Positions 18,181-33,742 are shown, counted from the stretch's first letter. The stretch is 64,000 bases of DNA from the human T2T-CHM13v2.0 reference genome, Homo sapiens (GCF_009914755.1 NC_060934.1); one strand, 5' to 3'. Translations and numbers: made by a program. Notes: generated by a model from the sequence alone, not told the origin.

Positions 18181-18669
18181 AAATGCAAGCTATTCTTTGC
18201 ATTATACTCTCTCAATCTAGTGCTTAGGAAAATTGCTGACACATAACTTCAAAAGATGTATGTTGTTGACATTAAGTATTACCAACCTCTGTAGCATATT
18301 TTCAGCATGAAATGTATATCCAATATTTGAAAGATCACACAGCTATTCCACCAAATGAATGTATAATACCATTTGGAGTACACCCAGAAGTGAACCAAGT
18401 GTAACATTTCATTGGCCGTAGATAGATAACTTCAGCTCTTAAGTAAGTATTCCTCTCCAAAACCATTCATTTGGCCCTTTTCCCCTTGTCCACATACCTC
18501 ATGCTTAAGGAAGGAAGAGTGGAGATTATAAGAATGTAAGAGAGAATGTTATGGGTGATTAATGAAAGAAAATAGGTAGCTGGATGGAAAAAAGACCAGG
18601 ATGGGTTTTCGCAGGAGGGGACACAAGATCAGTTCACCCAGATGGCCGCAAATCGTTTAGTCTAGTGCC

Positions 18670-18865
18670 TAGGTTTTGGAGCCAGACTGCCTGGGTTCAC
18701 CATTTACTAGCTGGGCAAGTTAACTTCCTCATTCCTCAAATGTACAATGGAAATAATTTGTAAAATGGAAATAACCTACCTACCCCATAGAGTTGTAGGG
18801 AAGATTAAATGAACTAATGTGTAAAGCACTTATCCAGTGCCTGGCACATGATAAGCAATAAAAAG
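18670..18865. mobile_element. MIR SINE
   Basis: ggagccagactgcctgggttc...gtaaagcacttatccagtgcctggcacatg. Confidence 0.75.
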
Positions 18866-19119
18866 TGATGCAAGACAAATTATGGTACTGATGTAGAAAC
18901 ATCCTACAACCACTGCTTCTGACGCCTTCTGGAGGCTTTTGACTTAAATGCTGGGTTCAACCACAGATTATAGAACGCAAAGTGCTTTTGAAGCCTTAAA
19001 ATTGTGTTGGGAGAATCTTTCTTATTCTAGAAACAGTACTGTAGGATTTATCCTTATAGCTGTCTCATGATGCAAGGGTTTTAAATACTATTTTATAGCT
19101 GTGTAACAAGATACAATTC

Positions 19120-21500
19120 TATTTTTAATGAAATAGTTCAAGTAAACAGAAAAATTTCAGGATTAACATAATGAAATACCATGATCCCACACTCAGACCT
19201 AAAAAATGATAATATGTGTTAATATTACCAGTTTTTTAAAAATAATTTTGCAAATGGGATTGAAGCCCCTTTTGTGCCCATCTCCAATCCCCCTCTACTC
19301 CCTCTCTGTTCTCTGTTAACCTGTAGTTCGTGTGAATCTTTCCCATGCTGTCTTTACATATATGTACCTATGTGTAAACACTATGTAATATTGTTACAGT
19401 TGCATACATCTCATGCTCTATATATCTTTCCAAAACTTTTTTCACTTAATATTGTCTTTTATAGATTTATTTACATTTAGATATAATGCATTTTTAACTG
19501 CAGAATAGAATCATGAAATGCATGTACCACTTTCTGGATCCATCCTCCCACACACTAACATTGAGTTGTTTTCCAGTGTGAACCAGGCTCTCTAGACTAT
19601 AGCCCAGATGTAGAATTGCTGGATCACAGGCTGTACATCTCCGGCTTTACCAGATATTGTCCACTTGCTCTCCAGAGTGGTGGTTCCGGCATTAATTTCC
19701 ATCAGCATTATAAAGAGTTGTCGTTTGTCCACATTCTCCCCAACACTTGGCTTTAGCAGACCTTTCTTGGCTTATTTAACTAGTGTGATTTAATTTCTAT
19801 TTCCATAATTGTTAATGGCATTGAACACCTTTGTGTATATTTACAGGCTCTTCAGATTTCTTCTGTGAATGGCCAGTTCAATATTCTTAGCCTGTGTTTT
19901 CCTATTTTTTTTCCCTATTGGTGTTTAGGAGTTTTTTCCTTATTCTGGATATTGATCCTTTGTTAACAGGAGCTACATTGCTTCAGTTGAATTCCAGATC
20001 TGCCAATGACTAAGTGACTTGGAACAAATTACTTCAAATTACTTAATGTTTCTTTGTCTCAGTTTACTCATCTAGAAACTAAAGAAAATAATACTTAGCT
20101 CACAGGGTTGTTAAATAAGTTTCCATACAGGTATATTTGTATGTATGTACATATGTATGTATATGTGTATATTATATATAAGTTTATAAGTGTATCAGAT
20201 ATATGCATATGTATAGACTTACATACTTAAACTTACAGAACATACATATGAAGGGCTTACATTTGTGCCTGACCCATAAGTGGTCTCTAAATGTTTGGTA
20301 TTATTACTATTGTTATTACCTGTATTCTAATTCTTATTGTGCTTGCATTACAAATATTTTCTAATATGTGGCCTAATTTTTAACTTTATTTACCTCATCT
20401 TTTATACTATGAATTTTTAATGTTAATATAATCCATAAAATAAGGTGCCATTATTATCATTTTATGTAGATAATGTTTAGATTTAACCACACATTTACAA
20501 CTTCTTCAAACACCATTCCCTCTTCTATGGTCCTCCACCTACCTCTGGAATCAAATTTCCTCCTCATAAAGAACATCTATTAGAAATTATTTTAATGAGG
20601 GTTGGTTGGTAGCAAATTATTTTAAATAACTGTCACCTTTATTCATGAAAGATTTATTAAGCATACATTTGTAGGTTGATAATTATTTTATAGTTTTTAA
20701 TATATTAATCCATTACCTTTGATTTCGTTGTTGACATAAAGTTAGCTATTAGTATAATTGTATGCCTTGGTAATCTCTCTTTTTTCTCTGGCTACTTTTA
20801 AGATTTTTTTTTTTTTCAAAAAATGGTAGAACATCAAAGCCAACATGTGTATGTGTATTTTTTCTCCCACTTGAGATTCATTATGGTTCTTGAATCTATA
20901 GATTTGTATCTTTCATCAATTATGGAAAAATTCTTAAGCTGTTTCCTCTTTGGCTATTGCTTTTTCCTGTTCTAATTTTTCCTGTTGAACATATGTTGGA
21001 CCATCTCATTCAACCATTCCATCTCTTTCTCTGTACCTAATGTGTTGTTTAACCAACCCACTGAGATTAAAAACTCAGTTTTAATCAGTGGCTGCATTTT
21101 TTGATTTCTAGAAACTTCTTTGGCTTCTTTTCAAATTCACATGCTCTTTTTCCATACCATTTCTTCATATGGTTTTCTTTAATAATTTTGGCATACTTGT
21201 TTAATGTTCTCTTTTAAATTGTTCTCTTTAGTCCTTAAAGCACTCATTTTTCTATTTGTTCATCCGTTGTCTCACAGTGGTTTATTTCCTTATGTGATCT
21301 GTAATTTTTGATTTTGCATTTCTACTTAAAGGATGATCTTTTCCACTGGACATCCTGTGTGTCCTGAATACTGTAAGTAGCCTAGCAAAGCAGTTTTATG
21401 TTGTTCTCAACCAAGAACTTACAGGTTTCCCACAGATTTTTATGTTAACTTCTTCGATTAGAGTTCCTTCTCCACTTGTGTAAATTTGGACCCCATACTT
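19120..21500 (-). mobile_element. Ancient L1M (L1ME/L1MC-like) fragments, interrupted by a MIR and a TA-rich tract (~19980-20300)
   Basis: T-rich degenerate antisense L1 text (gtagaattgctggatc, ccacattctccccaacacttgg). Confidence 0.55.
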
Positions 21501-22153
21501 ACAGTGGCACAGTTGGGATTTATGAGTAGGGTTCTTCTATCTTCTTTTCATAGACAGAGCAACCCTTTTAAGGTCTAGGATTTATGCAAGAGAATTCGTT
21601 TTGGCTCCTCACCTTAAAGAGGCCTACAGCATGTCTGTTGAGCTCATGTGGACATTAACATCCATTAGAGAGCTCATCCTCATGAGTCACCCTAATATCA
21701 GCACCTGCTTCCTACTTCCGGCTTTTCATTTCTTCCTTATTTCCTATATCTAATTATTTCCCTTCCTTTCAAGCTTGGATATATATTTTTTATAGATATA
21801 TGTTGTCCAAAATTTATAAAAGTTTATAGTACTAGATGGCCTCTTCCATTTCAGCTTGGTCTATAGAAGCATACCCATTGCACTAATGTTTGTGAATTTG
21901 TTCAACACTTGTTTATTGAGTGCCCATTATATTTCAGCAGGAGGCTAATCCTCAGCTTCATACTCACTTATTCTTTATAAACATAAGCAGCAAATTAATT
22001 CTGAGTATCTTATGAAACCTTAAATGTGTATCATAGCAAGAAAATTTCTTAAGGGTTTTCGTGACAATTATGCAGCTCAATGTTTTCATGCCCTTTAGAG
22101 ATTATGACTGAACACATGGGCATACATACAATAGAAGCATTAGTCGCCACTGA

Positions 22154-22485
<332 letters not shown>

Positions 22486-25059
22486 ACTGGTAGGTTTTTC
22501 TGTAACCAGACTAGTTTTCCTATGTGTACTTGCACACACACAAATTACAATGAAAAACTACAGAATTATTTCAGGAGTTTCTCAAGCACAATCTTGTGCT
22601 GTGTTTCCAACCATATAGGCCACCTCCACCTATAAGACTTTCAATATGGCTGCCTTGTCTATTTCTGTCACTGGCAATCTTATTCTTCTGATTTCCTTGG
22701 CTTGTAAACGTTAATCTCATTTTGACTTTACTTTCTCTTTAACGTCCATGTCAGCAAGCTTTATCTTTACATTGTCCTTCTGCTCAATTTCTACAGCCTC
22801 TTCCGTGATTTAGAGAGACACTCAACCCTTCACAACTAACTTACTTCCTTGTCTGTAGACTTACTCTTTTCCCAGTTTTCCTAAGGCCCCTACAGTTAAT
22901 CTTTCTAAAATTCTGTTTTTATTCTGTGCCTCCTTATTACAAATCAAAGATGTATCTGGTGCTTATTTGGCCACCTTCTAACTGCAAAGCATAGCATAAG
23001 TTCTACTTTTATTTTGCATAATTTGTTTTTGTTCCCTAATACCAGCTTCCAAAAGGATAGGTCCTTTACTGTCTCCTTAACACATCCTGTTCAGTCCTAT
23101 CTCTGCCTGCTCAGCCTAGTGCCTTCTGTGGTCTTCTTTCTGTTCCTTTCTTCTCCCTGTCTATCCCAACTTAGCTGAGTCTCCTGCCCTCCAGAGCCTC
23201 CCAAAACAAGAATTTTCTCTCCCCTGCCAAACCTTATCCTGAACCATCACCAACCCCTGAAACAAACAAACAAACAAAATCCATCTGAAAAGCAAATCTT
23301 CTTTTTTATACCCCTGACACAAATCTTCATTTCTCAGATGTCCGTATTTTCACACTGGTCTGTGGTTAAATGTGTGCATATCAGCAGCTCAAGAGCAGAG
23401 GTATTTCTTATGTCCCTGCCTAGCACCTGGCACAGTGCTGGGACAGTAAACTCAGGTAAAATCCTGCCTGACTTCTTAACTTGACTGGGCAGGTGAAACA
23501 CCTACCAAATCAGCATAGTGAACCAGAGACCTGCATGGATAAGTAGTTTCATCTTGAATTCATAGCCTGTTTCCCTGACTCACACAAACCTGCTCACACC
23601 CCGACCGTCAACCTCCAGGAAACGCCTCCGAACCCCCACCCCAGGCCCTGTGTTCCCATCAGTCTTGGGCTGCCTTTCCACTCCAAACTACACAGAGCCT
23701 CAGCCTGCCCATCTCCAATTACCAAGTTGCTCATTCACCGAAGGAAGCAGCAGTGAGTGGCAGTGGCCACTGTACATTAACTGAGAAGGGAAAAAACAAA
23801 CAACAAAACAGGTTACAGGGTAGCTTTATGGTACAATCCAAATTTTGAGTGTGTGTCTGTGCGTGAGAGCGTGCATGTATGAATGTGTGTATACATATGT
23901 GTATGTTCTAAAAGATATTGCACTTTGTTAACCGTTGTTATCACTGAGATTATGCATGCTTTTACTTTAATTTTTATCCAGTACCTTGGGCATCTATAGG
24001 ATATTAATTAAAGGAACAGAGATAAATATTTATGGATCACTTATGGTGTATGTGGCATTTTATGCACACAATTTTACATTTCATTTAATCTTTACAACAG
24101 CAGCATAAAATTCGTGTTATTTTCTCCATATTACAGACAAGGAAGTTGAAACTCAGGCCTAGAGCCTGTCCAAGGTCACACAGCTGTCAAGGAGCCAAGG
24201 CAGAAGTTGAAGTCACATCTGTCTGACTCAAAACATGTTTTTCCATTTCACATGCTCCCCCAGCTAGTGAGGCTTTCCAGAAACTCCCAAGCTTGAACCA
24301 TTCCACTGGAAGTGGAGAAAACATTTTCTTGCTGATTAGACTAGAAGTCAGTCAATGTGGATTCTAGTCCTAAATATGACACTTAATGGTTGTGTAACCT
24401 TGTATAATATACTTCCCTTTGCTTCCCTTTCTGCCTTCCAAAAACAAATTATGTATATTCTTGGAATTTTAAAATATACAAACTAATTTCTTCTGGGTCA
24501 AGAGAGAAATTCTGTCTATAATAATGACTACTTATAAAACCATGACAGTGAGTGCCTATATGTCTGACTACCTGGGATATAGGCAAAGCAGTTTTTGTGG
24601 GGACATTTATAGCTCGAAGTGTTTTTATTACCAAAAGATAAAATTAATGGATCAACAAAAAAATTAAAAATTCAAGGGAAGGGGTAGCAAAGAAAAATAA
24701 AGAGAAAAAGAGATAAAAGCATCAATAAATAAATGAGGAAACATAAAAACAGTATAATTGAGACATAAGCCCAAGAGCAGTTTTCTTGAAAAGACTGAAA
24801 AATCAATACATTTCCAGCAAATATTAATCACGAAAAAGGGAAAACACACAAAAGTGGAATCAAATGCAGTTGCAAACAGCAGGGGAAATCCATGGAGCCC
24901 AGGATTCTCCTGCTCTTCAGGGGCTACAATTTTGTCACTTCCTAGAAGAAAACAAGTTTGGTAGGGCAGAATTTCAGAGGCTGATTTCACAATGCCTTCT
25001 AGAAAATGACTAAGGCTTTCCCTTTAGAAAGAATCTATATTGGACATATTCAACACACT

Positions 25060-25545
25060 TAGGGACTATTTCCAATTCTACTCTGTCCCTCACCTTAACC
25101 TCTCCTCTGAACTCTAGTTCCAGATTTCAGCAGCCTCTGGGCAGCTCCACCAGCTCCTCAAAAATGCAGCCACTCAGATCTCATATTCTCCCATTCTATT
25201 CTCCTCCCCCTCCCCATCCTGTTCCCCTTTTCTCTTCCTCATCTACTCTTTCTCTGGCTCTACAAATGACACCATCTACCTGCTCACCCCAGGTTAACCC
25301 AAGGCATTGTTGTTTAACAACTCCTTCTCTTTTGTCCTTGTCCCTTTGTACCCAAGCAGTTGCTAAGTCCCATCAATTCTGTATCCACAGTGTACCTGTA
25401 CATAAAGTGCCACATATGCCTGTTTACAGGCCTTGACCACCTAATCACTGCAGTAGCTCTAATCTGGTCTCTCTGTGACAGGTCTCTTCCACCTCAAATT
25501 CATCTACATACAACCCACCACCACATTGCTCAGAAACTCTCAATG
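25060..25545. mobile_element. L2 fragment, host of the L1 insertion; continues after 26828
   Basis: Degenerate L2 text (ctctcctctgaactc...cagatttc..., gttgctaagtcccatcaattct). Confidence 0.55.
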
Positions 25546-26813
<1,268 letters not shown>

Positions 26814-27182
26814 AGAAGCTCTCAATGGCTGTCTATTGCCAACAACAGCAAGTCAAAACACATTGGCCAGGGATTAAAGGCTTTCAATTGTTCAACCCAA
26901 TTTGTTCAACCTTAGCTCTCATGCATTTCCTTCAGATATTCCATAATTTTCCCAAACAGCAAGAAAACTTGTCATAAAACCATGACAAGAGTTCTGAGAA
27001 AAGGGATTACTAAGAAATTGTGCAGCAACCTGAGTTGTCCTTCAAATAAAAAAGTAAAAAATATGTTTGAACATGCATGAATTTAGAGAATGCAGCCCTT
27101 AAATGCTCACCTGAAACAAACAAACAAAACCTACTAGATGACAAAATTCAAGCTACAAGTAGATGAATTCTTAACATAATAA

Positions 27183-27629
<447 letters not shown>

Positions 27630-27721
27630 TGAGTCAAACTAGACCTAAAGTTGAATCCTCCTCTGTCACATACTAGTTATATGACCATAAGAACCTACCT
27701 CAATATCTCTGAGCCTCGATT

Positions 27722-27875
27722 TCCTACCTACTTACCTATCCAGCTACCAACCTATCATCTCTCTACATATCAACCTATCATGTATCTGTCTCTATCATCC
27801 TTATCTGTCTACCATCTCTATTACCTATGTATAATCTATCTACTGATATATACCATCTATCCATCCACATTATGT
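27722..27875. repeat. Degenerate (TCTA/CCTA)n microsatellite
   Basis: ctacctacttacctatcc...tatctgtctctatcatc...atctatctac. Confidence 0.75.
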
Positions 27876-28045
27876 ACCTCTTTATAAATTGTTGAAAGAA
27901 TTGAATTTTCCCATTCTTGGGTAAATGGCTCCTCTTCCTGCATACCAACCTTCCTACAGAAAACACAGGACTTTGATTTTCCTCTCCCTCAAGGAGAGTT
28001 AGAATGAGAACTTATTTTCTCTCCACTCTGACTGCTGCCCCCAAG

Positions 28046-28272
28046 GGAGGGCAGTTGCTTCTTTATTGAGGAGAGCCTGGTAGCAATTGGCCACATTTTG
28101 ATAAAGTATGGATTTCTGCACAGAAAAGGCACTTCAAGCCTTGTTCTTCTCTCTCGTTCTCTGGGAATCTCTGGCCTGCCTGAGCCTAGGTATAGTGGGT
28201 ACTTGAGCTTCCAGGCAGTTCTGATCAGTGCCCCACCCCCACCCCGAAAGACCTGCCATTGCATCTGGAGAG
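28046..28272 (+). pseudogene. Fossil exon A of KIAA0825-like gene: EGSCFFIEESLVAIGHILIKYGFLHRKGTSSLVLLSRSL...(frameshift)...KDLPLHLE(R)
   Basis: cccccaag| acceptor, strong GAG|GTAAGT donor; by-eye match to recalled KIAA0825 EEMTL...GTSFHFLSRTSL...DDIRLHLR. Confidence 0.6.
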
Positions 28273-28294
28273 GTAAGTGAGGAGAGGAGAGAAG

Positions 28295-28940
28295 CTTCAG
28301 TAGGCCAACTAAAGTAACAGATGCCCAAATTTCAGCGGCTTTGTATAGTAGAAGTTCATTTCTAACTCACTTAACAGTTCTGGAAAGATGTTCAGGTCAG
28401 CGAGGCATCTCTCCTTCTCGGGATCACCAGGCTCCTTCCATCTGGTGGCTCCACCATCCCCTAGGGCACCGTTGGAGTCCATATTCAGCGGGCTGAAGGA
28501 GAAAGCAAGATGGATTCACTCCAAGTATTAGGAGTCAATACTTGTGAATGGAAAGGGAGAAGAAACAGAATTGGGCAGAAGGAGAAGTCAAGCCGTGACA
28601 CAGTCCTGACAAACCAACGGCCAACCCAGTGGGGACCTCTACAGTGGATGTTACCCATTGGTGGTGTCCTTTATTGAGCCAAAATAGCCGCGCCTCAAGT
28701 GGTCCCCAGAGGTAGGAGGCTCCTGGAAGGGTGTGACATTAGGCAAAGTGGATGAGGCTCTGTAGCTGAGGCCGGCCCTGACGGAGGTGATGGCAGGAGA
28801 CTGTCTACTGACTGCACTTGCTGCAGCAAGGCCCATCTGGAGGCATACCTGCACATCTACCACACACAGCCACACCTCACTGTGAAGGAGTCTGGAAAAT
28901 TAGTCCAGCTGTTATCTAAGAGGAGGGGAAAGAGATTTGA
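28295..28940. mobile_element. Old ERVL/MaLR LTR fragments (MLT1 and LTR16/33-like)
   Basis: Degenerate MaLR-like text (gtaacagatgcccaaatttcagcggctt...); subfamily unresolved. Confidence 0.4.
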
Positions 28941-29410
28941 GTGACAGCTAGCAGTCAGGCAAGATCTTCTCCAAACTGATTTGACAAAAGAGCCCTGTAC
29001 TTGGGAGTTGAATGCTATAGAAGACAGTTTGCTCTTCAGTTAGCCTTGTGTTGACTCCATCTATTAGAACCCTGCGCGGAGCAGGGGTGATGGATACCAG
29101 GTACCTAACCCTAGCAACACTGCCTGTGAAGTGCCTAGACAGAAGGTGCCTGATCAACGTGGCTTCTGTCTCCAGATTTTGTTGCTGAATTGGGCTTCTT
29201 TGAGAGTATGAACAGCCCCAACCAGAGCCCACCTAATCAGTGCTCAGTGATTTATTAAGTAAAAGTTACACAACTGCCCTTGTTTATTATGCATTGACCT
29301 CTGAGGTGCCAAGAGCCTATGATCACTTTCCTGGTCCAAGGAGATCTAGGAATAAATCCCCCACTTTGTACCAAGTGACCTACTTTTCTTACTCAACTGT
29401 CACTTCTGAG

Positions 29411-29880
29411 GTTCCAGTGGTCAAATGAAAAGTTGGGAAGCTCTCTGTGCACGTCACAGCTGAGGATGCAGCTGCCAAGCTCTCCCTGCTCTGACCCTTC
29501 AAAGGAGGGCATTGGGAAATTCAAACCAAACACAAATCGTGGCCACCCAGGGAGACTGCCTGGGTTATTGCTCTGTTATCTAGAACCACAAGGGACCAAG
29601 ATTGGGGTACCAAACCCCACACTGGTGATTCTGAGCAGGGAGCTTGGCAGGCTGCCAGCTGAGGTGGATGAGGAGCAAGCAGGTTGCAAAGGAAGTCCCC
29701 CCAGGATGGGCAAATCTGGGCCCACCCATCTTCTGCCTGCCACCCCTCAGTGGAAGCCTGGCAGAGAGTGGATGGCTGTCAGAAGATGCTGATGGCCCTG
29801 TGGCAAGCCCCAGCATGTTCCCGTTAAAGATCAAAGGAACCATCACAGAACTGGAGAGAGAAGACCATCTTTTGCTCAGG
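29411..29880 (+). pseudogene. Fossil exon B of KIAA0825-like gene: FQWSNEKLGS...LLLCYLEPQ..(fs)..YQ...ITELEREDHLLL
   Basis: cttctgag| acceptor in phase with the exon A donor; matches recalled KIAA0825 FLVSKLQS, LLFLYPESEVIIKYQ, LYSVIKEDFNTL; 3' end uncertain. Confidence 0.6.
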
Positions 29881-30237
29881 CCCTAGCTCATCCTGTGACC
29901 TTGGACAAGTAACCTCACAGAGCCTCCATGATTCATCCATTAAGTAGGGTGAGTATATGTAGTCTACCTCCTTTCTGGCACTTTAAATCCTTGAGTCCAT
30001 GGGCTCCCAGGGTCTGTGTACATCCTCCTGGAAGTTAATAGCTTTTCCTGTCGTTTTTCTTTTTGATTTCAATAACCTAAAAAGATTTCCACACACCAAC
30101 TTTGGTTCCCCCAGAGGACCATGTTATATGGAGAACTGGGTTAGTTAGTTCCCGGTCACCCAGAATCACAAGATGTGTCGTGGTTTCACGGTTTCAGACG
30201 CAGCATTTGTAAGCATGCCAAACAAATGAATGAAGGT

Positions 30238-30700
30238 GGGCTTGTTTCCTACGGCTGCTATAACAAATTACTACAAATTCAGAGGCTTAAAACCATACAA
30301 ATTTATTATCCCACAGTTCTGGAGATGAAAAGTGCAAAATAGGTCTTACTGGGCTAAAATCACGGTGTCAGAAGGGCTGCGTCCCTTTTGGAGGCTCTAG
30401 GGGAGAAACAGCTTCCTGCCTTTTCCAGCTTCCAGATGCTGCCCACTGGCCTTGGCTGGTGACCCCTTTCCTCATCTTCAAAGCCACAGGGTGTCATCAA
30501 CTCTCCTGCCTCCCTCTTTCACTCACAAGGGCCTCTGTGATTACCTGGGGCCCATTCAGATAATCCAGAATAATTTACCCATCTCAAAATCCTTCATTCA
30601 ATCATATCGGCAGAGTCCCACTTGCCATGTAAGGTAACATTCACAGCTTCGTGAGACTGGGGCATGAACATCTTTGGGGGCCAGTATTTTTCCTACCACA
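30238..30700 (-). mobile_element. MLT1C/D-like MaLR LTR
   Basis: gtttcctacggctgctataacaaattactacaaa...ttcctaccaca. Confidence 0.75.
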
Positions 30701-32277
30701 GAAAGATTTTTATTATCTGAATAGTTGAATTGAAGACAAAATGGACATAATAATAAGGAATGGTCAGAATGGCATACTGAGTCTTTCCCATGTATTCACT
30801 GATTTTCTACAACAGTACAACTATCATTCCTGTGATTTTTAAAATGTAAATGCTATTTAAAGTATTTGAAAACAATTTCAGATGTTCTGCTCTTCCCAAT
30901 ACAGAAATAATATTTAAAATGAAAGAAAAGCTTTATATGCTTCATGGTTTCTTCCCTTTTCTAGATTTCCCAATGCATTAAGATGTCTTATTAAAAGGAA
31001 TAAAATAGATCACATGTACAGACATGGACAAATGTCCAAAATACACAGTTAAGTATAAAAAGCAACCTGCAAATCAGCATGTGTACTGTGATCTCATCTT
31101 CATAAGATAATAGATTTATATGTTTGTTTCTATGGAGAAAATACCCACAAGAATATAAGCCAAACGGTTAACCACATTATCCTGGGGGCTGAGGAAGCAG
31201 GGGGAAGGCAGCAGTAGGCTTCCTGAGCCATCATGCCTGCAATGTAATATATAGAATAAGCTCATATTATTTTTTATAACCAGGAAAATATTAGGACAGT
31301 GCTTCTCTGTGTTTAAAGACTAAGGGGATCTTCCAAAATCCCCTTTTCGTTGATGGAGAATAGCATCAATCAGAATTTCAGAATTCTGCCCAACCAATAC
31401 GAGCCTTAGGGCCTCGCCTCTAAGTGCTTCCTATTAGCTCCTTTCCAGTTCCTCCTTAGAAATGTGCAGATATGCCACCTGCCATTGCAATCACAGGGAA
31501 TGTAGGTCAGGTAATTAGTAACCAGACTTTGTTTTGGAAAACACTCAGTACATGCCAGTAAAATAGGTCAGTTCCTACTCCTCGGGGCAGAACCCCCGAG
31601 CTTTCAAGAGGGAGGGACCCTGCAGGTCACTGAACATAAGCCCCCATTGTCATACCCTGAGGCCCAGAACTAGGTCACCAGCTAGCAAGCAGCAGAGCTT
31701 GGATTCAAGGCAGATGCGTGGGACTCCCAAAGTCACATTCTTCCCACTCGGCTATTCTGTGGTCAACTACTGAATAAGATCCTTCCTGGGATTCCAATCT
31801 GGATTCCTCAGAGTTTGCTGGGCCCAGATGTGCAGTAATGGCCCGCTCATGCCTCTCTTCACCTTGGGCTGGGACACTGGGGATTGTGGGGAGTGATGGG
31901 GAGCATTTAGCGGTTAGCTCAGAGATGCATGTGTAACAAATGGATCAAAAGTTTGAGGGGCTGGGCTGTTCCCATTGCAAAGCCACTTCATCTTTGTTAA
32001 CGCTGTAGTCTTGACAATTTCTTAGGGAGCCTTGGTTCCCTAAAGTTTTACAACCAGGCCTTTCTCCTGACAGAACTGAATGCGATATGATTCATGGACC
32101 TCAGAATGGTTCTGGCCAATGAGAACATGGGTGCAGACAAATCACTGAGGTTGTTTACTTCACCCACCCAGCACCAGGTGAGCTGGAAGGGTCACAGAAA
32201 AAGCCCGAGATCCACCCAGAGTCTCAGGATAGGGCATTTGCCTGGGGCTCACAAAGACCTGGAGTCTGTGCAGAAAG

Positions 32278-32371
32278 GCAGTCCAGCTGATAACCAGCCT
32301 GGAGGCACCACCTGGCACTTTCTTGCAGTCCAGCTGATAACCAGCCTGGAGGCACCACCTGGCACTTTCTT
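32278..32371. repeat. Perfect 47-bp tandem duplication
   Basis: GCAGTCCAGCTGATAACCAGCCTGGAGGCACCACCTGGCACTTTCTT x2. Confidence 0.97.
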
Positions 32372-33202
32372 ATCATACCCTTTGCTGGTGTTGGTGCAGC
32401 CACCATACTCTCCCCCAACCATGAAAGGGCATCCAGCACAGGATGATGGGGACATAGAGCATTAGTGAGCAGCACAGTATTGCTTCTGTGTGACACCCCA
32501 AGGGGCCAGAAAAAAAACAGGCTTTCACTACTTATGAACAAAGTCTGTCCCCAGGAAGTCATCAAGCTTTGTCTCCAATGAACTCGAATCCCAGTGACAC
32601 CATATGGATCCAGCCACTGCACTGCTTCATTCTCTTGAAAGCTGGAAGCATGTGCTTTCTTCTACAGGGATGAAATGAATAAGAACTAGAGCACCTATTC
32701 AGATTCAGCCTCCTCTCACAACCAAAGCACCTCCTCCAGAGCTGTCTAGAGTTTTGCTCTCATCAGTTCCACCTTTCAAGGACACAACAATGGGGGAAAC
32801 AATCAGATCATCTCTGTACCAAAAGGCTGGTCCTTCCATCCCACCCAAGAGCACAGAGAAGGCCTTGAAAAAGGAGGCCTCCCACTCCCTCACTGGCTAA
32901 AAAGCCAGTTTTGATAAACGGGGAGACAGTCCCCACCCAGGTCTTCTACCTAAAATCCTATTTGTGATGGCAGTGTTGGAGTGTTGGGAGGATACAAGAC
33001 CAGGTCTGGGACTTCAGGAGGTGTTATTTTTCAATGGAAGGATTGTGTTCCTTCTGAGCTTCTATATGCAGATGCAAAGGGGCTATGGCGAAGTCATTTT
33101 TGTGCCACTGAAAGTTGATTTGTTGAAGGTCTTCTCTTTCTTGCCTCTTACTGTGGCTGGCTTTGAGGAAGGATGGAACCCATAGAACCAGAGACCCTCT
33201 AG

Positions 33203-33402
33203 GCTGAGTTAGAACTCAGGGACCACCCAGGAGGGAACATTCATACCACCGGAAACTTTGTAAGCAAGATTGCAAAGGAGATGGATGATCTTAGGGCAAA
33301 TAAAGCCCATAAAGATCTGGTCACCTTTTCAGGAGAGTAACTGCTTTTGCTGCACCAGATTTTCCATTTAGCCATCCAGGATATGCGAGAAAACACAAAA
33401 AG
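33203..33402 (+). pseudogene. Fossil exon of KIAA0825-like gene: AELELRD...FVSKIAKEMDDL...LVTFSGE*LLLLHQIFHLAIQDMRENTK
   Basis: ctctag| ... |gcaagt; single frame with one stop (33338-33340); TFSGE*LLLLHQIFHLAIQD is in register with recalled TVTEEMAKFLENFCELQFRE. Confidence 0.55.
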
Positions 33403-33742
33403 GCAAGTGGTTCCCTGGGTCCCCAGCCACCTTGCCAGCCTTCCCCCTCCCTCTCCAGCCCTGGAGTGGGATGAAGCATCACAGCATTCCCTTCCCTTCC
33501 CTTTCCTTCCCAAGGTTTGAAGATGACCTGGTCTAGGGGAGTGGACTACGGGATGAACTAAACTAGTCCAGGGCCCTGAGTAGGTGCAGAGAAGGGTGTG
33601 TAGAAGAGAAGCAGGAGCCTGGGGAACACTGCTTGACTGACTCACCTGAGGCATTCCAGTGCACTGGCAGACAGGCCCCATGCTGATGGAACTGTCCTCA
33701 AATGAGGCCTCTAGACAAAGAGCCTTTCATTCCTTTCTGTAG

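Noticed and set aside
23500-23760. First exon or promoter of the fossil gene (donor-like GCA|GTGAGT ~23753)
   Set aside because: No recognisable similarity to the KIAA0825 N-terminus and no CpG island
32094-32622. 123-aa and 132-aa ORFs with repeated peptides
   Set aside because: The repeats come from the 47-bp duplication; no independent coding signal past the 32177 donor
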